From IMG/VR virus record IMGVR_UViG_3300037587_000516, positions 1 to 64,000 of that record: a stretch of 64,000 nucleotides of DNA. The stretch is one strand, 5' to 3'. A program made the translations under genes and the position numbers. Below the pieces are notes generated by a model. That model was given only the letters and a program-made list of their open reading frames with translations. It ran no database searches and was not told where the DNA came from. The stretch's first letter is position 1, and each line of letters starts with the position of its first letter. The stretch is from a virus. Below, one piece after another: positions 48,725-57,226 of this stretch.

Positions 48725-49546
48725 ATGAAAATACTATTATTTTTACTAGCGTTTATTCCGGGAATGGCGTTAGCCACCGGACCAGAACTAATTACACTAA
48801 CTGCTGAAAATACAATATCGCTTAGGGACTCAGTAAATTGGTCTAGTATATCACAACTACAATACCAACTATTACAAAAAGCGGCTAGGCTAGACGATGA
48901 CGAGCCAATTTATTTAGTATTAGACACACCAGGCGGATCTGTTTCTGCCGGTGAAATGTTTATTGAAACACTAAAAGGAGTAAAACAACCAGTCCACACT
49001 ATAGTTATATTTGCAGCATCAATGGGATTTCAGATTACCCAATCAACTGACTTCCGTCACATTCTATCAAGCGGCACATTAATGTCACATAGAGCAACCG
49101 TTGGTATTAACGGACAAATAGATGGTGAATTAGAATCTAGGTTGTCCTATTATAAAAAAGCAGTTGGTGAAATGGAAGTTAGATCGGCTAAGCGTGTTGG
49201 GATGAGCATTGTTGATTACAAAGCCAAGATTTTAAATGAATGGTGGGAAGTAGGAAAAAATGCTGTTACAAACAAGATGGCAGACAGCGTAGTTGCTGTT
49301 AAGTGCAGTGATGATTTGGTTAAGCGGGTGGTTTCTAGGAGAATTAAGTCTCTCTTTGGCAGTCGTCTTGTTATGTTTTCTGCTTGCCCATTAATCACAA
49401 CTCCAATTGCTAAAGCAAAACGAAGTCACAATAACAAACTCAATAATACCAACAATGCCCAAATGGACCTATACATGGATCGGCTGTTTTTTAATAAGCG
49501 CAGCTTTTTGAATAATTACATTAATACCGGAATGTTTAATCAGTAA
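48725..49546 (+). CDS. ClpP/SppA-like serine protease with signal peptide
   Basis: DTPGGSV, FAASMG (Ser nucleophile), LMSH; N-terminal MKILLFLLAFIPGMALA. Confidence 0.8.
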   Translation: MKILLFLLAFIPGMALATGPELITLTAENTISLRDSVNWSSISQLQYQLLQKAARLDDDEPIYLVLDTPGGSVSAGEMFIETLKGVKQPVHTIVIFAASMGFQITQSTDFRHILSSGTLMSHRATVGINGQIDGELESRLSYYKKAVGEMEVRSAKRVGMSIVDYKAKILNEWWEVGKNAVTNKMADSVVAVKCSDDLVKRVVSRRIKSLFGSRLVMFSACPLITTPIAKAKRSHNNKLNNTNNAQMDLYMDRLFFNKRSFLNNYINTGMFNQ

Positions 49547-49806
49547 TGGAAGTGTTTAAAGGGTGGCTTGTAGATAGACCAGATAAATTCACTGGGATTG
49601 TCGAAAGACCAGATGGTGATAAGTTTTGGTGTTTGAATGGTGGGTGGCATAGAGTGGATGGACCTGCTATTGAATGGTTCGATGGTGCTACGTATTGGTT
49701 TTTGAATGGTGTGTATATGACAGAAGAAGAGCATTATAAAAGAACAGCTTATCTTAGAACTACATTAGGTAAGCTAATATTTAAGGAACAATCGAAATTA
49801 ATATGA
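49546..49806 (+). CDS. HRxDGPA-repeat family copy 23
   Basis: family motifs; TAATG / ATGA overlaps. Confidence 0.85.
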   Translation: MEVFKGWLVDRPDKFTGIVERPDGDKFWCLNGGWHRVDGPAIEWFDGATYWFLNGVYMTEEEHYKRTAYLRTTLGKLIFKEQSKLI

Positions 49807-50213
49807 GCATCAAAGACTTAACAACAGAAGAATTATTAGAATCAGTAGGCAAAGCAAAGCCTACTGTTTTTAATTTTTCAAACGAGAATAAGAGTATTCG
49901 GGATTTTATCCAGGATCTTGGGATTGCTGACGGCAAGACTAGAGTTCCGGGACATCGTTTATATTACGAATACAGAAAGCTCTGGAGACCTACCGGAGTT
50001 AAGATCACTAAGATAGACTTCCTAAGAAGGTTCAATAGATATTTTAAAGTACAAAGAACAAAATCAACTAGATACTATATGCTTAAACGAGGTATATTCA
50101 GTTTAGATAAGGACATCATAGACAATGCCAAAAAGTTCGACGAAAGATACGAAAATAAAATCAGAAAAAAAAGAGAGCAGAAGATCAAAGGAAAAGTTCC
50201 CAGCACTGAATAA
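49803..50213 (+). CDS. basic, possibly winged-helix DNA-binding protein
   Basis: LY.EY..W....ITKIDF.R.F pattern resembles primase C-terminal wHTH. Confidence 0.4.
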   Translation: MSIKDLTTEELLESVGKAKPTVFNFSNENKSIRDFIQDLGIADGKTRVPGHRLYYEYRKLWRPTGVKITKIDFLRRFNRYFKVQRTKSTRYYMLKRGIFSLDKDIIDNAKKFDERYENKIRKKREQKIKGKVPSTE

Positions 50214-50736
50214 GCGATATAATTTACGAATGCGTTTAGACTACATAGAGCCCGATTATGTAAATGGAGTACAGGATGAAAAGGGCAATTTAGTTATCCC
50301 GCCTTTAGATGAGGAAGCTAAGAGGTTCTTAAATCGCTATTACGAAGAAGTAATCAATGCCAATTTTCTACATGATAAAGAACTAAAAGCAATCCATAAT
50401 AAAATGAAGCCGCTTAAAAAGAAGATGCAGCTAACTTTGGATGAAGAATCCGAACTTGATTATTTACAATTTCAGTATTTTGAAAGGGCGGATGAGGTAT
50501 TACTATACGCAGATGAGGAAGATCAGCGAAAGGTGTATGGAGAAAACAATGCTCGGAATCGTTGTATTTACAACCGCAGTAAGGCAGCAGGAATGCTTGA
50601 TGGCATAAACGTTTCAACATTCAATGAAGAAAGCGAGACTAATACTGTGTGTCCAGAAAGTGGAGAGAAGCTTGCAATAGACAAACAAGAACACCAGCGT
50701 AAGTATATACTAAGAAAGAAGTCCAAGAAACTTTAG
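50125..50736 (+). CDS. hypothetical protein (last + strand gene)
   Basis: 203-aa ORF converging on the - strand module. Confidence 0.65.
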   Translation: MPKSSTKDTKIKSEKKESRRSKEKFPALNKRYNLRMRLDYIEPDYVNGVQDEKGNLVIPPLDEEAKRFLNRYYEEVINANFLHDKELKAIHNKMKPLKKKMQLTLDEESELDYLQFQYFERADEVLLYADEEDQRKVYGENNARNRCIYNRSKAAGMLDGINVSTFNEESETNTVCPESGEKLAIDKQEHQRKYILRKKSKKL

Positions 50737-51048
50737 TATTGATACAATCTTGTCACTAAAAAAATACCCGCCGCCTCCAAGAGTACTGAGTGCTGTGGTC
50801 CATTTTGCTCCACCTATAACATAGGCCTTTAATCTGGCTTTGAATTCCTCTTCTTTTTCCAGGGCTTCTATTCGTGTTCTATTCTGAACAACACCTTCAA
50901 TGTGATTAGCTAAGTCTTCAGTGTTCTTCTTAACATCAGATCCCAAATCGTGTAGCATCGTAGAGTGTTCATACAAGACCTCTGTGGTCTTTTTCTGATC
51001 CTCACGAACTTCTTTGAGCAAATCAATTACTAGTTTATTATCTGACAT
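50710..51048 (-). CDS. coiled-coil + C-terminal hydrophobic protein (holin/spanin-like candidate)
   Basis: heptad pattern then hydrophobic tail; end of late operon. Confidence 0.45.
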   Translation of the reverse strand: MSDNKLVIDLLKEVREDQKKTTEVLYEHSTMLHDLGSDVKKNTEDLANHIEGVVQNRTRIEALEKEEEFKARLKAYVIGGAKWTTALSTLGGGGYFFSDKIVSILKFLGLLS

Positions 51049-51060
51049 TATGTTCTCCGT

Positions 51061-53331
51061 TTATTTCACTTCATCTTTAGTTAAACTGTCAACCATTTCC
51101 CGAAAGGCGGGTTGTTGATATAACCCAAATAAAATTGCTTGTCTTGATCGCTCCGATGCGTTTGCTGCTTTCTTAAGAGGCTCAAGGAATATTTTGTTAG
51201 CAGCTGATTCTCCACTTTGTATTTGGCTAACTACGCTATTAATTGTCTCAGGGGATGCCTCTATAATATCTAGAGACTTATCTGCCATACTAACCTTAGA
51301 AGGAGCTTTACTAACTGACTTTGCAACTGCCTTAGCGCCTCGTACAGGGGCACCAGCAACAACGCCAATTGCATTACTCACCTTGTTTACTAAACTCGAT
51401 GCAGTACCTACTAGGGCTCTAAACGAAGCACTCTCAGGAACGTGTTCCATCGGCTGGGATAGCTGATGTAATCGCCTAAGTTCCATAATTTCAGTATTTA
51501 TAGAGTTAGCAAGTTCGGGGTCAACCTTTCTCAACTGCTTCATAATAACACTCTTGTCGGACAGTGGGTTATTATCACTGGTCCCAGAGATGAACGTAGC
51601 CAACTTTTGTTGGTTACCTATCTTATCGGTTTCAAGTTTCGCCATTTTCCTAAGCTTCAAATGCTCACTAACATTTAGTAGTGAAGTAAGCTTCTTATTT
51701 ACAGCATCAAGTGGTTGTTTGATCTCTTTAGCCGCGCCAGATAATTTGTCTTTTATTGCTACTGATGCTTGAGTTGCTGCTTCTGTAACTTCAGCTGGTA
51801 GATTATCCTTTTTAGCTATTGATGAGTATCGCTTTAGTAATCCCTGTAGCCTAGCTGCTTGCTCGGTGGAGAGACTCTCTGCGTTTAATGACGAAGGAAC
51901 ATCTGTTACAATTGCCTTAATCTGACCACTAGTTAAATCTTGTGATGATAACACTTCACGACCAGATCCCGGATCAATAGTTCTTTGTATCTTACTTGGG
52001 TTTGGTCTAACGACAGGAGCCGCTGCTATTTTCTCGCCAGTCTTTCTAAATGCAGCACCAACACCCGGTGCTATTGTTGGGATGCCTTCTACAATCCCCT
52101 CAGCTACTTCTTCTGGCACTTCACTTGCTTTAACCGCGTTTACAATTGCTTGCTTTTGAAGCTTGTGTTGGGCTTCAGCTGCGGGATCTCTTAATCCTGA
52201 TTTAATCAAATCCTTCTCAAGACGATCCATTGCCTTTTTTGTTGCAACTCCATCGCCTAAGTAATCATCAAGTACATTTAGAAACTTAGCAGCATCAGCT
52301 TGTTCTGTCTTACTATCAATAGACGAAACCAATCTCCTTGCTTTTTCCAAATCATCCCTAGTGTTTATTTTAATACCAGCTTCATCTATCTTCTGAAGTA
52401 TTGCTTTTTTGCCAGAACCAAGTGACATTAGTTTTGTGTTTAGCTCTTTGGCAAATTTGCCAGCAGCCGTTGCAATTTTCTGATTAGTTACATCGTTGTC
52501 CAGAGTAATACCTTTAACTCCAAATGAGAAACTATCAAGTGCATTTTGAATTCCGGGTACTTTTAATATAACACCCTTAACTACCTGACCTACTCCTGTT
52601 ATACCGGCTCCCATTGCAGCACCTAAAGTTCCACCAACAACAGCTTCTTTAATAGTACCAGCAACATCACCTTCAAGTAAACTAGCATCGCCCATTGCTA
52701 CACTAGAAATAGCCCCAAATTTAAGACCTTCTCTTGATGCCAGCGCAACGGATTTAGCACGTTGTGCATCTCTAAGTATTTTGTATCTACGAAAGTCATC
52801 TAATTTCTTAGCTTTTTGTGCAAGCTTGCCTGTTTTAGTAATATCAGCGACACCCTTCATGCTAGGGAGCACTTTAGCAACAGTTGCCCCAACTTTGCCC
52901 ATCTTTGCTATTGCTGCGCCAGGGATTGGAGTGGCTACTCCACCAACCAACTCCGCTGCTATAAATGCACCGGGATGAGCTTCTTGTGCTACACCTTCGC
53001 GCTCTCTTTGTCCAGCACGACCTTCTTTGTATGCTTTAAGCAGCTCTTCGCCAGACAACGTTGGACCTTCACCTGACAAACTTATATCTGTTATTGGTCC
53101 ACCAACCCCAGTAAGCCCCACAAGTCGTCCACCAGCCTCAAAAGCTCCCGCCAATTGACCACTAGCACCCAATGTAATTCCCCGTGTCGCCCCTTGCAAG
53201 ACGCTCTCCGCCACCTCTACCGCTGGCTCTGGAGAAGCGGCTAGTTCTTCGGGCGTAAACTCAGTATCATCAAACAGAGCCTCGTCATATACTGTATCTT
53301 CAAATAATGAATCGTCTAATTTATCTGCCAT
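51061..53331 (-). CDS. internal virion / ejection protein
   Basis: Gly/Ala-rich helical N-half; synteny with transglycosylase. Confidence 0.6.
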   Translation of the reverse strand: MADKLDDSLFEDTVYDEALFDDTEFTPEELAASPEPAVEVAESVLQGATRGITLGASGQLAGAFEAGGRLVGLTGVGGPITDISLSGEGPTLSGEELLKAYKEGRAGQREREGVAQEAHPGAFIAAELVGGVATPIPGAAIAKMGKVGATVAKVLPSMKGVADITKTGKLAQKAKKLDDFRRYKILRDAQRAKSVALASREGLKFGAISSVAMGDASLLEGDVAGTIKEAVVGGTLGAAMGAGITGVGQVVKGVILKVPGIQNALDSFSFGVKGITLDNDVTNQKIATAAGKFAKELNTKLMSLGSGKKAILQKIDEAGIKINTRDDLEKARRLVSSIDSKTEQADAAKFLNVLDDYLGDGVATKKAMDRLEKDLIKSGLRDPAAEAQHKLQKQAIVNAVKASEVPEEVAEGIVEGIPTIAPGVGAAFRKTGEKIAAAPVVRPNPSKIQRTIDPGSGREVLSSQDLTSGQIKAIVTDVPSSLNAESLSTEQAARLQGLLKRYSSIAKKDNLPAEVTEAATQASVAIKDKLSGAAKEIKQPLDAVNKKLTSLLNVSEHLKLRKMAKLETDKIGNQQKLATFISGTSDNNPLSDKSVIMKQLRKVDPELANSINTEIMELRRLHQLSQPMEHVPESASFRALVGTASSLVNKVSNAIGVVAGAPVRGAKAVAKSVSKAPSKVSMADKSLDIIEASPETINSVVSQIQSGESAANKIFLEPLKKAANASERSRQAILFGLYQQPAFREMVDSLTKDEVK

Positions 53332-53338
53332 AATTATC

Positions 53339-55282
53339 CTATTTTACCAGTTGGTATTTACCTTTGGTTGCATTCCATTTATACTTTTTTCCATCTTTTT
53401 CAACTTCATCGCCATATGGGGCAGCTTTTTGTTGTGGTGCTTCTGGAGCATCCATTGTTGATTGAAAAAGGTCTCTCAAATCTTCATTAATGGCAACCCC
53501 TTCCTTGTCTTTACGGGTGAAGATTGGCTGTAATGTGGTATACATTTTACGTTGTGTACCAGTTAGGTTCTCTTTCCAGTAATCACGCTGGCCTATTAAC
53601 TGCTCTTCAAAGTGTTGTATAAATTCTTTGTTTAAGTATGTTTCTGGAGATCCCATTAAATACTGCTTTATTGAATTCGCATCTCCAGCAATGGTACTTG
53701 GAATTAATCCGTGAATAGCATCTCTGGTAGCTTGGTTTCCGCCTTGTAATGTAGACGCCATAACCGTAGCTAATTCTTCCGCAATCTGCTCAGAAGGTAC
53801 AAACTTACCTTTTCTAATACTTTCAATTACTCGTAGTCCATCTCTAGACAATGTTTCTCTTAGTAGAGACTTTGCGTACACTGATCTAGCACCTTTAAGT
53901 CCAGCAAGCTTTTCTGATATATCCCTAACTGCCTTTTCATCCTTCATTCGAACACCAGCTTGGTGTCTAGCATCCGTTTCTTTTCGCTTCGCTTTACTTT
54001 CTTCAATTCTAGTACGGGCTAATTCTTTTGCTGATGCTGCTTGCGCTAGTTTAAACTCAGTTGGGTTTCTATTAACTAGAAGATGCCCACGAGATTCAAC
54101 ATCATGCTCCGCCCAAGTATCAGGAACCTTTATACCAAACGCAGATTCTAAATTTGCCCTAGCTCGAACAGATGCTCCATCATCCGCATCCATTGAATAC
54201 TTACTTGCCTTCTTTTGTTTGCCTTGTAGTTGTTTCAGTAAACTAAGCTTACCTTTTAGTGCTTGTACATCTGGACCAGGAGCCATCTCATCAAGAGTCG
54301 GAGCTTTATATGTTTGAGCAGGTGCTCTAACTTCAGCACCTAGTGCAGCAGAGGCTCCACCAGCAGCGTATTGAGCGCCAAACTTAGATAACCCTTCTAC
54401 AACCTTTAGCAACACCTGTTTCTTTTTTGCTTCATTTCTGCTTTGTGATGCGTCTTTGTATTCATTTAGTATGTCTTGGTACTCTTTTTGGACATCAATG
54501 TTATCCATCTGTTTTATTGTTTTGTATGATTGAAGGTCTTGCTCATTGGCATTTACTTCAGTTAATATATCTTTATCTATATCGTCTAAGATACCATCAT
54601 CCTGCTCTTCAACTGGAGCAATTGGTTGCTCAATTGGCTGTGCTGCTGGGGCAACTGTCTGAGGCGGCTCCCTATCAAAAGGACCAAACTCATCATTGTC
54701 ATCGACGAATCCATCAACTAACCCGCCTTCTTGAAATGATGGTTGTGCAGTTGGTTGAAGAGATGATACTTCTACCGGTTGTGTAGGTTGAACAATTGGT
54801 TGCTCAACAGGAGCTTCAATAGGCTGTTCTAAAGGCTGTATTCTAGACTTTACGTTCTTCAAATAAGCATCCACAGTAGGCAAAGTCTCTTCCTTACCTA
54901 ATAGTTCTCTATTTATTGTTTTAGTAACGCCTTGATTGTGTGCTTTAATTGCCATGTCATTTAATTGATCAGGAGTTAATTGGATACCGTTCTTTTTGGC
55001 TACCCTTCTAATTCGTTGTTTGTTATCAACATACAACGCCGCCCCTGCTAGTTTATTAAAATCAGGATTCTCTAGTAGTTTAGGAAGGTCTTTCTTTTTA
55101 ACATTCTTTCCTTCCCATTTTTTAGGAAGTAATCCTTGTTTATACAATCCCCTTGCTGTTTCTTTTTGGATCTGCATAAGACCAATAGATTCCCCAGCAT
55201 CTCCTATAACAGTTGGTCTGCCACTGGATTCTTGTTGAACTATGGACTGCATTAATCTAGGATCAATATTATCATTTGCCAT
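53339..55282 (-). CDS. virion protein with N-terminal lytic transglycosylase (SLT) domain
   Basis: QESSG, IGLMQI...TA, AHNQG, Y..NV. Confidence 0.85.
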   Translation of the reverse strand: MANDNIDPRLMQSIVQQESSGRPTVIGDAGESIGLMQIQKETARGLYKQGLLPKKWEGKNVKKKDLPKLLENPDFNKLAGAALYVDNKQRIRRVAKKNGIQLTPDQLNDMAIKAHNQGVTKTINRELLGKEETLPTVDAYLKNVKSRIQPLEQPIEAPVEQPIVQPTQPVEVSSLQPTAQPSFQEGGLVDGFVDDNDEFGPFDREPPQTVAPAAQPIEQPIAPVEEQDDGILDDIDKDILTEVNANEQDLQSYKTIKQMDNIDVQKEYQDILNEYKDASQSRNEAKKKQVLLKVVEGLSKFGAQYAAGGASAALGAEVRAPAQTYKAPTLDEMAPGPDVQALKGKLSLLKQLQGKQKKASKYSMDADDGASVRARANLESAFGIKVPDTWAEHDVESRGHLLVNRNPTEFKLAQAASAKELARTRIEESKAKRKETDARHQAGVRMKDEKAVRDISEKLAGLKGARSVYAKSLLRETLSRDGLRVIESIRKGKFVPSEQIAEELATVMASTLQGGNQATRDAIHGLIPSTIAGDANSIKQYLMGSPETYLNKEFIQHFEEQLIGQRDYWKENLTGTQRKMYTTLQPIFTRKDKEGVAINEDLRDLFQSTMDAPEAPQQKAAPYGDEVEKDGKKYKWNATKGKYQLVK

Positions 55283-56886
55283 TATTTTTTCTCACCGGTT
55301 CCCATTAAAACTTCTAGCGCTTTTATTCTTGCGTTAGTGTCTTTCTGTGCTTGCTTCATTTGCTCGCCCTGCTCACTCATTTTTTTATGCTCGTCAACCA
55401 ATCCTCTAGCCAATGGCTCTTTTTTGTTAGGAACTCCGCCGTCTGCGAACGTTAAATTCTCCATAGACTGAGCTTGGTCAGCAATTCCAACTCTAACTTC
55501 TTCCGGGGCTCTTTCTCCAGGACCGCCGTAACCTTCTGCATCTAAATCAGGAAGCATAGCTGGCTCAACTATATCCTCATCCCCAAGTCCGGATAGATCT
55601 CTGTATCCCTTTAGTAACTCCATTAATCTCTGTTGTTGCTCAATGTTTAATACCATCTCACCAGAATTAACTTTTGCATCAACTCTGTCACCTTCAAAAT
55701 CATCACCAGGAACAACGTCACCTTCTAGATACCTATCTTCGTCAGGAACTGGAACTCCTCCGCCAGCGTATCCGTCTACAGCTCCGCCGTGCTCGTAACC
55801 CTCTACCGTTCCACCATCTTCATATCCAGCAACTCCACCATCTTCTGCATTAAACTCACCAATCTTGCTGTAGTCAGTAGGAGCGGGGGGCTTGTACGCC
55901 TCTGGTTGCTTAGTAGCTTTGCTACTGCCTCCACCAAATGCACCTATTAATGTACCAGCAGCGCCAGTCATTGCAGCACCCTGTTGGATTCTACCAGCAG
56001 CAGCAGCTTGTCCGGCTTCTAATGTTCTAGCAGCAGCAGTATCTTGTGCTTGTGCTGTACCAGTAATTGCAGACGCAATTGACTTTTCTTTTGCCATGCG
56101 GTTTTGTAGATCTTGCTGAATCAATGCTTGGTTATGAATTTCTTGTTGTTGTGAAGCAGCGGCTCTTTGTTGTTCAATTTGCTGCTGACTACTTAAATTA
56201 GCTCCTTCAATCTGAGCCCGCTGTGCGGCGTTAAATCTAGCAATTGCATCAGCAGATTGTGCGGTTTGAGCTTGTTCGCCAAATTCCTGACCTCTAATAC
56301 TACCGGCCATTCCAGCACCTTGTGTAATCGCCTGTAAAGCCCTCTGTTGGGCTTGTCCTGACAACTGAGCCTGTGCCATAGCTCTTCGCTCAGCTCCTGC
56401 CTGTGAGGAGCTTAGGCGCTGTGCTAGCTCCATACCACTACCACCAACACCACGTTCAGCCATACTCTGTAAGATAGACTTATCCCTAGCCTGCGCTTCT
56501 CCAGCAACACTACGTTGCATCATCATTTGTTGTGCTTTTTCTGCATCAGTTAACCCTGCCTCAGTAAACTGCTGCATGGATTCTAATGCTCCCATCTGAG
56601 CATCTTTTAGTCGGGGGTCTGCCGTAATACCTTCCATTGCCGAGGGTCCAAGGTCCCTAATCTCTTGAAGACCAACTAATTCGGGAGATTCTAGTACGAT
56701 CTTTTGTGCTTCAATCGTTGGTATCCCAACCGCCTCAAGTCTACGAATCGCCTCTTCTCTAGACGCCATTGCACTTGCGCTTTGTTGCTCTGAAAGAGCA
56801 GAAGCGTCAGCGGCATCACCACGAGCCCTACGCCCTTGTTCGACCTGATTTACTAATGCTGCACCTGCAACAACTGCCGTAGCCAT
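55282..56886 (-). CDS. ejection / DNA-pilot-like virion protein with [FY]xxGG repeats
   Basis: Q/A-rich helices; AEDGG-YEDGG-YEHGG-YAGGG; VNSGEMVL. Confidence 0.6.
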   Translation of the reverse strand: MATAVVAGAALVNQVEQGRRARGDAADASALSEQQSASAMASREEAIRRLEAVGIPTIEAQKIVLESPELVGLQEIRDLGPSAMEGITADPRLKDAQMGALESMQQFTEAGLTDAEKAQQMMMQRSVAGEAQARDKSILQSMAERGVGGSGMELAQRLSSSQAGAERRAMAQAQLSGQAQQRALQAITQGAGMAGSIRGQEFGEQAQTAQSADAIARFNAAQRAQIEGANLSSQQQIEQQRAAASQQQEIHNQALIQQDLQNRMAKEKSIASAITGTAQAQDTAAARTLEAGQAAAAGRIQQGAAMTGAAGTLIGAFGGGSSKATKQPEAYKPPAPTDYSKIGEFNAEDGGVAGYEDGGTVEGYEHGGAVDGYAGGGVPVPDEDRYLEGDVVPGDDFEGDRVDAKVNSGEMVLNIEQQQRLMELLKGYRDLSGLGDEDIVEPAMLPDLDAEGYGGPGERAPEEVRVGIADQAQSMENLTFADGGVPNKKEPLARGLVDEHKKMSEQGEQMKQAQKDTNARIKALEVLMGTGEKK

Positions 56887-56887
56887 A

Positions 56888-57223
56888 CTACTCTCCTATT
56901 TCTTTCTTTAAATAAATAATATCTTTATCACAATACAATAATGAAAATCCAAGTGATAATTGAAACTTCATTGAAGAGGTTGCTGTTGATAATGCGGGAA
57001 TAATCGATCCCTTAATATAAGTACATCCCTCAGCTTTTGCCATATCCGTAGCAATTTTGTCATAATCAGTAGCAACGTTTTGCCGACGAAATTCTTTTTT
57101 AACGAATACCTCTTGTACATAAAACTCAGCTCCTGTTATTTGGTATATAAAGAACCCCTTTTCATCTTCATGAATTTTGCGATTCGTTAATTCTTCTAAA
57201 TATAAACCATAACTAGATTTCAT
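56888..57223 (-). CDS. GNAT-like acetyltransferase
   Basis: YVQEVFVKKEFRRQNVAT; LGF; typical position in podovirus tail modules. Confidence 0.65.
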   Translation of the reverse strand: MKSSYGLYLEELTNRKIHEDEKGFFIYQITGAEFYVQEVFVKKEFRRQNVATDYDKIATDMAKAEGCTYIKGSIIPALSTATSSMKFQLSLGFSLLYCDKDIIYLKKEIGE

Positions 57224-57226
57224 ATA

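Noticed and set aside
4178-49734. Recurrent - strand ORFs (MLFFCH.../MCSSSV.../MLIKYQ...)
   Set aside because: Antisense shadows of the repeat-gene copies, without RBS support.
4169-49806. Diversity-generating retroelement as the source of repeat-gene variation
   Set aside because: No reverse transcriptase or non-coding template repeat in the window, and A-containing codons (AAG, AAT, CAT, AGA) are among the most conserved. An RT elsewhere in the genome cannot be excluded.
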